A stretch of 64,000 bases of DNA from NCBI GenBank assembly GCA_964035545.1, contig OZ037765.1:17546995-17610994 (forward strand), written 5' to 3'. Positions 41,101 through 50,800 of this stretch are shown here, in pieces. The translations under genes were made by a program, and so were the position numbers. This stretch comes from Bugula neritina. Its lineage: Eukaryota; Animalia; Bryozoa. Numbering within the stretch: position 1 is the stretch's first letter; each line of letters begins with the position of its first letter. The notes under the pieces are model-generated. The model saw nothing but the letters and a program-made list of their open reading frames with translations. It was not told the DNA's origin and made no database searches.

Positions 41101-44100
41101 AAGCTAAATCAAATATTAAACTGTTGCCAAAAATTTTCAGGTGTATACCCCTAGTAACAAGCTCTGTTTATCAACATCAGACATTAATAATATGACAGAA
41201 TAGTTAAGTTGCTACACTCCTATTACTACAGAGTGCAGCTAAAGTTTATCATAGACAACCCCTTTTCCAATTGTGCTTCGAGTTTCAAATCTTGTGTTTT
41301 ATTGACTTTCACTAACAACTAAGCTAAATCAAATACTAAACTATTGCTAAAAAGGATTTTTTTTCATTCAATTTTGTATAGGATTTCTCTATTTACATTT
41401 CAGCAGAAATTGTTTTACCTTGTAATTTATTATTTAGTTGCCCAGTCAAGGTCTTCTATTGTTAATTCAATTTTAAATCTACGTTTGTGATCATTCCGTA
41501 GGTGAGCAAATAGAAGTTGCTAAGACTCACATAGAAGAGTGTAAGTTAGAGCTGATTAAAGCTAAGCAGATCAGAAAAAATAAGCAAGGTAAGAGTTACT
41601 ATCCATTGTGAGTTTTTTGGTTCCAAGTGTTTTTCGACTGTTGACATTATCTTGCACCCAGTTATTGGTAGCATATTTCAACAGTACACTGCATCGTCAA
41701 TACACAAACCTCAAGCACAGGTTTTCAGCATAATAATTTTTTGTGTTGTCAACTTATTTTGTATAAATAGCTCTTTTTACTTACATTTACCAGCAGTTGC
41801 ACCAAAACTTGAGAATTATGTTAGGCTAAGTAAATGAAAAATCTTTAAAGAGCAGTAATGCAAATTGAAAACTGGAAAAATAGCCATGGTTTAGTGGTTA
41901 AAGCGCTAGCCTGATATTTATTAAATCAGGATTCGAATCCTGGCAGAGCTATTGGTAATGTCAGGAAGAGCATTCGATTAGAATAGCTTCTATGCCACAG
42001 TCCTTAGCCAAATTAAAAAACTCTCATGGGCATGGATGTAGAAATTTTAAACAAATGGAGCTTTTTAAATTGAAATCTCATTAAGCCAGTGTAGGCAGGA
42101 GTCAGACAAAAAATATATTGATACGGGTAAAGAACTTTCAGTTGAACATTATCAGGCTATTCCTGAGAGGGAACTGCTGTCAAGCTAAAAGTTATAGATT
42201 GGAGGCCTGTTGGATACATTTAAGCAATCTGATCATCAATTTTATTGACAGCTATTTTATGAGCTGCACATTATGTATGAATAGATGTAGTTTAAGTTAA
42301 AAGATTTTTATTCATTAATGATTTACTATTTAATACAAATCAAATTACACACAGCAAGTGTGCTATTGTTCATACTATTCTCTGAAATGAAGTAAAATTG
42401 ATGCAAAAGTTTTAACCCAATATTCTATACTTTCCTGAGCGTTTACTATTTATTTATCTTGTTTGAAGTGAGTTTGTTGTACACTCGTCTCACATAAATG
42501 TAGTACATACTGCTTTGTCTATAACATTTGACTAGTAATTGAAGATTAGAAGGTAGTTTTTGTAGTAAATGTAGCAGTGTACATATTTATAGATTGTGAA
42601 AAATTTGTTCTCAATTGCTTTCAGAATATGATGTTTGGGCCAAAAATGTCATGGAACATCCAGATCGAGAGCAAACTACGATGTAAGTCTTGACGGTAAA
42701 CTTACCTTCTGCTTTATTGTAAATGCTTATTGTAGTGCTCTTGGCTGTTTAGAGAGTCAGTTATACACAGTATCACAACCTCATGCTCACTCGTTGACCA
42801 TTACCATTGGCGCATAAAAGTTCAAAATAGCGGCTCAAATTACTGGCATTTTAATTTCAGTAATTTATTGCACAAAGTTAGCATATGCTGAGTTAGTTGT
42901 TGATCGGTTTCTGTTTGCTCTCTAATTTAATAGTTACCATTGACGTTTGTTTCTGTCAGCTAACTTTGACTCATAGGAAGGATTGTGTAGTTTGTTGACA
43001 CGCAGTACTATTGTGTGGTGTGTACTATGTATATCATTTTATTAAAAATTATCTTCTCTATTGTGTGTTTAAACTTGATGATTGCTATTGAACTAAGAAT
43101 AATTGTATAGTAATTTATTTTAGGTAGTTATTTTTGAATATTTGTCAAACCTCATGTAGGCAGGATGGGTGCTTGTGAATTGGCGGAAATAATGAATGTG
43201 ATGGTGAAAATTAATTTGCTAAGCAATTATTCATTACCCTTATTAGGTATTTGCTTTTCCAATTCTTTATAATAATGTGTTGTTTCCAGGGAATTGGAGA
43301 GAGAAAATGAAAGACGAAAAAATATGGCGCAAACGCAAGCTGCTCTTGAGTTGAAGGTTCTGTATATTTATTATGATAGTCACAGTGCAGCTATGCTATT
43401 AATTAGTACAGCTTGACCAATAAACAATATTGGCATAGATTGTCAAGAAACTTTGTAAATAATAATTATCTTAATAGTAAGAGACACCATTATCACAGCC
43501 GCTCATCTCTAGTTCCGATTGAAAGGCTGGTCAACAGTTTGTTGACTTAGATTAAAAAATAATAATAATAATAAAAAAAAGGTGTGTCATAAGTTTCTGG
43601 ACTTTAGATTTCTTACGAAAGCATGTTTCAGTTTTCTATCTAAAATATAAAACATACTACTATTACTTCAAAATTAATTGCTTATAAATATAAACAAATT
43701 AACTTGCCAAAGATATTCACCAAATAGAATATATTATATTATATTATATTATATTGGTATTTGGTATTTAGTACTTTAACTTATTAACTTGTGGCCTCAT
43801 GATCTTGGCATGCTACTAACTCTATTGACTCTGGAGTATACTATCGCACACTCCGACTTCTTTCAGATACCTGTTTGACAGCACTTTTTGAGGTTCTAAA
43901 AGGATGGGCAGTTAGCTAATAATCTGATATTTTTGAAGCATAACTTAGTTTTTAGCAATTATTACATTTTATAAATTTAGGATTTATTTTTTGCATAGTC
44001 ATCACACCCAATATCTTAGTGCATGTTACATGTAAAAATTGCCACTATCAATTTAATAGTATTTAAATATGTACTGCTGCTAAGAAACTCTCTGTGAAGG

Positions 44101-44505
44101 ATGAAAATAGTAATCTGACCTTGAAATCCCCTCTTATGTCAATTATATATATTTCAGTTGGACCAGAGAAAAAAGCAGTTTGCAGTTCTACTCACAGCCA
44201 TACAAGATTTGCAAGAAGAATTGGAAGGTAGGCTAATTTTGCTGGTTTGTCCATTGTGGATGGTTAATATAGTTTATATCTCTAGAAATTTGAATCTAAT
44301 TCAAATTCTTGCTGTAAGATCAAAAATGAGACCAAAATAATATAATGGTGCAATTATATTTGTATTGGACTTCAACTTATTTGTTCAATGACTAGATTTA
44401 GCTTATTTCATGCATTTTCATTGCTTTGTAAAATTTGTACCATACATTTTAGATGAATTCATGGACAAAGAAAATAGTGAAGACATTGTCATAGATGCAT
44501 GCTGA
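29174..44505 (+). CDS. THOC7: THO complex subunit 7, 8 coding exons
   Basis: Exons 29174-29189, 40162-40285, 40388-40515, 41502-41588, 42625-42682, 43290-43356, 44158-44227 and 44453-44505 join in frame. The product reads MSVPEDEIVKRKLLVDGDGGGDDKR...AKQIRKNKQEYDVWAKNVMEHPDR...LDQRKKQFAVLLTAIQDLQEELE, matching THOC7 (DEVIRKRLLIDGDGAGDDRR). AATAAA follows at 44516. Confidence 0.93.
30026..30480 (-). pseudogene. Disrupted ORF resembling the N-terminal type-II KH domain of ribosomal protein uS3 (highly divergent)
   Basis: GDGW..ITQT.......SSKTNCLFGRHGRDLDKLATKISRKFGENVFNLWAE aligns by eye with uS3 EDGY..VTPT.......[35 protein letters not shown]. It contains an in-frame stop and a frameshift. Confidence 0.35.
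30706..31030 (-). mobile_element. Frameshifted fragment resembling the C-terminal accessory domain of DNA-transposon proteins
   Basis: GEYVLVKYE...YVG.IE...CNFLKKK...F / TVTEDNIVLKLGKP...RALTVLSFAVEISKY resembles a C-terminal domain I recall from invertebrate pogo-like ORFs. It has several frameshifts and stops. Confidence 0.4.
31220..32330 (-). mobile_element. 3' half of a pogo/Fot1-like (DDE_1) DNA transposon, decayed
   Basis: Motifs LLILDNHSS, LLTLPP-HTSHKLQPLD..VHGPFK, NICSGFRCTGIYPLD and KSAMLTDTPEK. The terminus TA|GGGAAAGCCGGAGTAATTTGAGCCG is at 31218-31244, with subterminal copies of the motif at about 31402-31440. Confidence 0.85.
32331..33655 (-). mobile_element. Penelope-like retroelement fragments (RT and GIY-YIG endonuclease), decayed
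   Basis: RT motifs NQWKNTQEVLYWF, FISFDI, MGSYDGAEIC and GLYR(P)DGL. The Cys-rich linker CNCRK..CP and GIY-YIG region TEFKTRLYRHK...WKIL...CSL...EKY...STCRHANK lie at about 33230-33650. Confidence 0.88.
33800..36940 (-). mobile_element. Intron-containing DDD transposase gene, probably Sola superfamily, decayed
   Basis: Motifs LPGRVPG-SSKTDVQVLPS, FNYAQQ-IHYPYDPHQPGPIYFKTSRKCAIFG, QVNYLIDE, DNCA-GQNKN and FLITDHTKFCCDMHFG are split by GT-AG introns (for example 35083-35197 and about 36089-36157). A matching TIR pair was not recovered. Confidence 0.65.
37380..39622 (-). mobile_element. piggyBac-family transposon (DDE_Tnp_1_7), decayed
   Basis: Catalytic motifs IDEQM..FTGK....QYVPRKP, VFCDRFFT and MGGVDLCDQ, an acidic N-terminus and MRRNRFFKIRSNLK. 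The 5' terminus is CCCTTTGAGACCC at 39622-39610, with three TGTCC-N-GGACA-type subterminal palindromes (about 39240, 39515 and 39590). Frameshifts and stops are present. Confidence 0.9.
41019..41352 (+). repeat. Diverged direct duplication of about 113 bp in THOC7 intron 3
   Basis: 41019-41132 and 41238-41352 both start GCTAAAGTTTATC.TAGACAAC and end TAAGCTAAATCAAATA.TAAACT.TTGC.AAAA. Confidence 0.8.
41880..42050 (+). mobile_element. tRNA-derived SINE (family A, diverged)
   Basis: A box TGGTTTAGTGG, B box GATTCGAATCC, core GCTATTGGTAATGTCAGGAAGAGCAT and AGTCCTTAGCC shared with the other copies. Confidence 0.75.
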
Positions 44506-44803
44506 ACTATATTAAAATAAATACATCATTTTGTGTACATACAGTTGTATATTTATATCATATATTTTATAAGACTGACATATGTTTACAATAAACGGTA
44601 ATTATAAAAGCTAATGTTACCATCATTTTATTAATATTCCAGAGTTTGGCACTGAAAATGGAAAATAAAAATAAAAGCTATTATTACTCTACTATAAATA
44701 AAATAGCTAGTATTTGAATCTAATTTTTGAATAAATATTGCTGGTGTCTTACAAATGAATATTTATTGACATTAAATAATAATTTACCTAAACAAAAAAT
44801 AGC

Positions 44804-47800
44804 CTAAGACTGGGAAAAGGATTTACTAGCTTGAGCATTAGCAAATTCGTAATAAGACACATGTGGTGACATGTGATTCTCATCAGAGATGAGTCGCACT
44901 CTTAGAGTTCCATCAGCCCCGGCAGAAAACAGTTGACCTACAAATTTAATTTACAGAATAAAATGGTTGACAATAAATAGTTTTTAGCTAAATGGTCGAT
45001 TCTAAGCAGTAAATTTTAGTTTATAGGGCTGGTATAAGAGGCTATACACATTTCTTGAAAGCATACACTGTAGTGTTGAGCTTACCTAGTAGTCCTGTGG
45101 TGTAATGGTTAGTGTGCCCGCTTTCAAGCCGGAGGTTTCGGGTTTGAATCCCAGCGAAGGCAAATTTTTTTTCATAAGCTATTTTAGCCTTTAGTAAAGT
45201 GTAGTAGTTAGTAAAGTGCAGTAGTACTCCAAGAGAGTTATGAGGCCAGGGGAGCCTGAAGGAGTAGTGGAAAGGCTAGTGGAGTACTTGAGAGCTGGGT
45301 GAGGATGTAGTGTTGAGAGTACCCAGTAGCCCAGTGGTGTAATGGTTAGCGCATCTGCTTGCAAGCCAGAAGTCTCAGGTTCAAATTCCAGTGGGGGGGC
45401 AAACAGTTTTATATTACACTCAATATGAAAATTATGCTGTAATTTACCTTCATTGGTGACATGAAGCTGTAAGACACCAGCTGATGGTGTTCTGCTGAAC
45501 ATTGATCCTTTATGGTGTTCTCCCTGGTATGTCTTAATTAGTTGGTGCTGAGACAGCCCCCAAACCTAGCAACAGAGTATTTTCTTAGTTTATTAATCTA
45601 TAGTAAGAGGAAATGCTGCCATTAAAATATTCTATTCATTCAACAACTACCTTCATTCAAGTGAAGCTTTTAGTTACCTTAATATCGCCTTCAGCTGAAC
45701 CAGTCACAAAAAACTCTTCACAAGGGTCCATGGCCATACACCTTACACTGGACTCATGAGCCGCAAATGTATGCAGCTGCTTTCTTTGCCGAACATCAAA
45801 TATGCAGACATCACCTTTCTTGCCTCCAGCCACCAAAAGTTGATGCTGCGGAGCGTATAGCAATCCCGTACTTCCATACTCATGACAATGAAAGGCTACA
45901 AGTACATCATTGAACAATAAATTAATAATTGGTGGCAGTCTGCTCTATTGCTAGGCTATTCACTTATTACTTTAAATAAGACTGTAGGGAAATGCAGAGT
46001 TAAAATTTCACTATATCAGGCATAAAAAGATAAAATATTGAAGATTCATCTACCACACTGGAATAAATCATTTGAGAATGAACCCAATAAGTTATGAATT
46101 AATTGGAAACGAGTTTTGAAAATTTGTCAAAACAAAATGAATAAAATGGAGGAGGGGGGCATTATAATTGTCAAATGATTTAAGTTATATAATCTGAAGC
46201 TGACTGCAAATATTTGGAACACAATGGTAGTTGAAATAGTTTATCATATAATATATTTTAGCCTTAGCAAACATCATTTACACCAGTGAAGTTATATGAA
46301 TACAATGCAACATTCCTAGCACAGTCACATCATAGGTTAGCAATATCTAAGTCTATAGCTGTCAGCTATTGCCTAATTTCAATAACTAAAAACATAAACA
46401 TTACATATTTAGTTTCTATATTATATGCTACAACAATACAAAATCTACTATTGTTGACAAATCTTAAATTTGTAAATAACATATTAAAATATAATGCAGA
46501 AACTCTCATAAAACTGAATATTATTTTTGTTATAATACGATGAAGTGATGCCCCAAGTGATGCCAGATGTGACAGAAAATAATTAAATCATATTTTCTAA
46601 ACTAAATAACAAGATGTATCAATTTTTACCAAAATAGTCTCTATATTTTTATTATAATCTTAGACACATAAATAAAAACCTATAATCATCCTATGATCTC
46701 ATCAAAACATGTTAGGATAATGACATTGAAATAAACCTGAACCAGTATAACGATAATTTCATATTCTGAAACAAAGAGTTACATTGTACAGCACAAAGTA
46801 GGTGAAACAAATTGTATTGGCAATCGTTTTCTATCATTAGATTCGGTATAAATTAGTGAACTTTAAACAACACATCAATTAAAAAACTAAATTCAAGGTT
46901 TGAAGTTTGAGGATTAATAAATCAATAGATTGTTCAAGCCAAACTAATGGTTTGAAATAAACTATATAACAAATTGCTAAAGTAAAGTCTTTATAAAAAT
47001 AACAACATAAATAAATATTTGAATGCTTTGATTTCAGCAAACAGTAATTTACCAGAAAATTGCAAGCCTAATAAAAATTTACAATTAATTAGAAAAATCA
47101 TAAATCTAAAGCAAAAACTTATACAATTTATATAAATGACATTAAACATTATTAATAAATAAAATTAGTAAACCTGAAATGACAAAACTATGTATTGAAT
47201 TTCAAATGATAAATAATAATTAAATTACTCAAACCAGCTATAAAGTATGATATGAAAACGTCTTTCAATACCGTGAATAGTCATTTTTTTCCATATTGGT
47301 GCCAGATTTAGTTTAGTGTTAGAATTAGTCACCTTTAACATTCTTAGTCTTCCCATAGAAACATAATTGCACAAGAGATATTTCAATTCTTACTGCAAGT
47401 TAATAGGTAACCCATGTTAGCCACAATACTGTGAACATTAAGGGAGTAGTAAAGTCAGCCATTCTACTGTATGCATTATTCTGTATGTTTTCTTCTACGA
47501 CAGACTGAGGTGATTTGACGTAATCCCGAGAGCACAGAGGTTTAAGAAGCTTGAGAAACTGCTTTTCAGCATTAAATCCATCAACTGCAAACGTTTTGTT
47601 ATCGCTACCAACTACATAATGCTGTTTATTCTTCTCCAAAATAGTTATAGTGTTGAATCCAGTTATATAGGGCCATTTCCTGTCTAGAATTTGCCAGAAA
47701 CTTGAATGAGACGGAGTTATGTACTCCGAGTCATCGTTAATCCAATACCATTTCCCAGAAAAAGGCAGCAACCAGGTACAGGCATTGTCCACTTTGGCAT

Positions 47801-50800
47801 TGCATTGGCGCTGGTATGTTCCAATAAATACATCTACTAGTTGACCACCAGATGTGTTGGAGAGTTGACTCAGAACATACAGCAGGTCAGTATATCGCTC
47901 AGCCTTGTCTAACATAATCAGATCGGCTGAAAACTGTTGACAGTAAGCTCTGTTGTCTTCAAATGTTAGCTCATTTTCTCCCAAACAGTACTCTTTGCCA
48001 TTCAACTGTATCCACTGTTTAGAACAGTCAGCATAACCAGATGACAGCAGTGAGCACGTCATCAATATGGTGTATGCAGTGATGAAGCGTCCCATGTTTA
48101 AGCAACAATAAAACTTTATAACTATTCTAGCTGACTGGTTATAAAAACTTGACCCTCAACTTTAATAACGTTGAATATTCTGTGTGAGTTCATTAATAAA
48201 GTCAATTTGTAGACTCTATCATGAACAATGTTATGAAATAATTACCTAGATTTGATTAGGTGATAAAGTATGTTGATACTATAAATGGAATTTGACTATA
48301 ATTGGTGAGTCAATAAACTAGCCTGATGGCACTCACCCTGTATGAGAGTACAGCGGGAGGGTAGCAGAGTGTCCCACATCACTACATTATTTCCATCTGA
48401 AGAATGACCAGCTGTAGCTAAGAAACTGCTAGAGCCAATGAACACAAAATCATTAGCTGATTTGTTGTGGCATGTCACCCTCTGAAAACAATATAACGGT
48501 AATATAATACAATTTTACTACTTCATGCTCTGTGGTCTAATTATAGGCTGTGTTAGCCTAAGTGCTAAATAACTTGGTGGAGAGTCAGTTAAACCACCCA
48601 TGATTCGGTAAAAACTTAATCAACATAGCTGCACTAAGCATTGCCAGTAATTCAATTCTAATAAAATTCTATTTTACATAATAAAACTGGTGACAAGCGC
48701 AAAAGGCCATTAGAAAAGTTTTATATTTTATTACTTCTTATTGCAGTGTCAGATAATATCCTAGAGCCTATAAGTTACAAATATCATTTTAATATTATAG
48801 AAACAAAATTAAAAAATATGCAATAATGCCCTCTTACTATAATAATATATTTATGATAGAAAAGCTGTAGTTATAAGTAAAATGGCGCAGAGGAGATCTG
48901 CAGTTATAAAGTTCAGCTGTAGAAAGCAACCAATAAAACAGAAATGAGGAAAAATTTTTCACTATCTGAATAAACTGCTAACTTTATAGAATCCAATAAA
49001 TTAATCAGTTAAAGAAGAAGACACGTTCTACAAAAAATCTGTCCACTGTGACAGACCAGTTACATCAAGCACTCCTCTAAACAACTTCGGTGAAGAGATA
49101 TTGTTTCATTCAACAATCAATTTCCAACAATATAAAACTTCACTGTAATAAGATTAGTACGATGAAACACTACGGACTATATAACTTAGCAGCAGTTACC
49201 TGATAACACCTGGTTGTGTTGGTGCCGAAACCCACTTGGAACAAGCTTAGGTTTCCCTCTGTGTCTGTTAATCCAAACTAAAATTGTAACAAAATATTCT
49301 TGACAAGAAAATTCTATTTTTCTCTCTGTCATATTTTTAAAAACTGAGAATCTACATTTTAAATTTCTCTAAAAATATTTATTTCAAACCCGAAAAACAT
49401 AACGTTAATTTTAATAACCCAAAAATAGTCTAATGTGATGCTTTACACAAAGTCGGCCACTGCTACCTAAACCCTGACCCCCTGAGTATAGATGATGCTG
49501 TATACACCTTTAAAATCGAGTCATCATCAAAATTTTGCTGCCATTTTCTATATTGGCGTCTCATACAAAATAAAAATTGCAATGTTCACCTTATTTCCCT
49601 GAGCATTAAATTGTAAACGGGTAGGGCGTAGACCAGATCCAGCCAAAACTGGCTCCTGAATGGGATGGCGATGTCCAAACTCATATATTCTTATAGCGCC
49701 ATCATTATTACCGGCTAAATCTGAAATAAATAAATAACATATAAATGTGTGTGCGTGTGTGCGCGCGAGTATGTATGCGTGCGCGCGAGTGTGTGTGTGC
49801 ACACATTAGGTTATGTCACAATGGCTGATGTTTAGATGATAAAGTCAAATAAATACAAATAAAGTACAAGTAACCAATAACCAATAATGATAAAAGCAAT
49901 ACTACTTACAATAAGGGAAGATAGGGTGAGCGCCCATTCTTTTGACATCCGGGAACGGGTTTTTTGTTGTCTACAAAGAACATGAAACAACATCTAGTCC
50001 ATATATACTCAGTAGACTGGGAATACCCACCAGTCTGCTATTTTGCCAATGGGGCTTAAAATTGGCTGCAGAAAAAATATGAAAACATTTTCACATACAA
50101 AACATGAGAGTTTTCCATCCCCTTACAACTTAACATACTGCTCAGCCAAAGGTCAATCAAACATGTAGGCACACATGCTGTGGCAAAATCACTAACTACT
50201 ACTCCTTGTGCATATCAGAGTTACTATATTTTAGTTATCATAATAAAAATCTATTGGTATAAAGGAATAGGTTACTTTTTTACCAAAATATTAAATTTTA
50301 TATTTTGTAATTGTTCAAAAGTTATTATCTTTCTCAACAGCTGTTTTAATTGTACACTAGAATTAAATTTTTTCAAAATGATAGACACATAAATGAGCCG
50401 ATATATCTACAGTAAAATGAGTCACAACATTAAAACTCAATGCTTAAAACTGAAAGCACAACGATTTGAACTAAGCTGCTATAAAATGAAATTCAAGTAA
50501 ATATTGCACTAATATTTGGGCATGTGTATAGATGTAACTTGTGACAACACATAGTAAAAGAATAGGGGTTGTATAGTAACACTTGTGTGAACTACAATAC
50601 TTGATACAGATAGGCACTGAAATCAATATTTCTGACTTTATTACAGTTCATGAAAATGAAAAATATTACCAAATACTTCTTCTTCCTTCTCTGTGAATCA
50701 TTTTTAAATAGCAATGATAAGATTAAAAGACATCAACCAACTTTACTAACTAAATTGATTGGTATGCATAAATTCATAAGTAATACTTGAAGTAATATAA

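Noticed and set aside
42831-42844. 14-nt inverted match (CGGCTCAAATTACT) to the pogo terminus at 31231-31244
   Set aside because: The match does not extend to the terminal GGGAAAG, and the interval would contain THOC7 exons. It is probably chance or a tiny relic.
45092-45401. Functional tRNA-Glu(TTC) and tRNA-Ala(TGC) genes
   Set aside because: The acceptor, anticodon and T stems pair poorly, and the D arm is Gln-like, inconsistent with the loop triplets.
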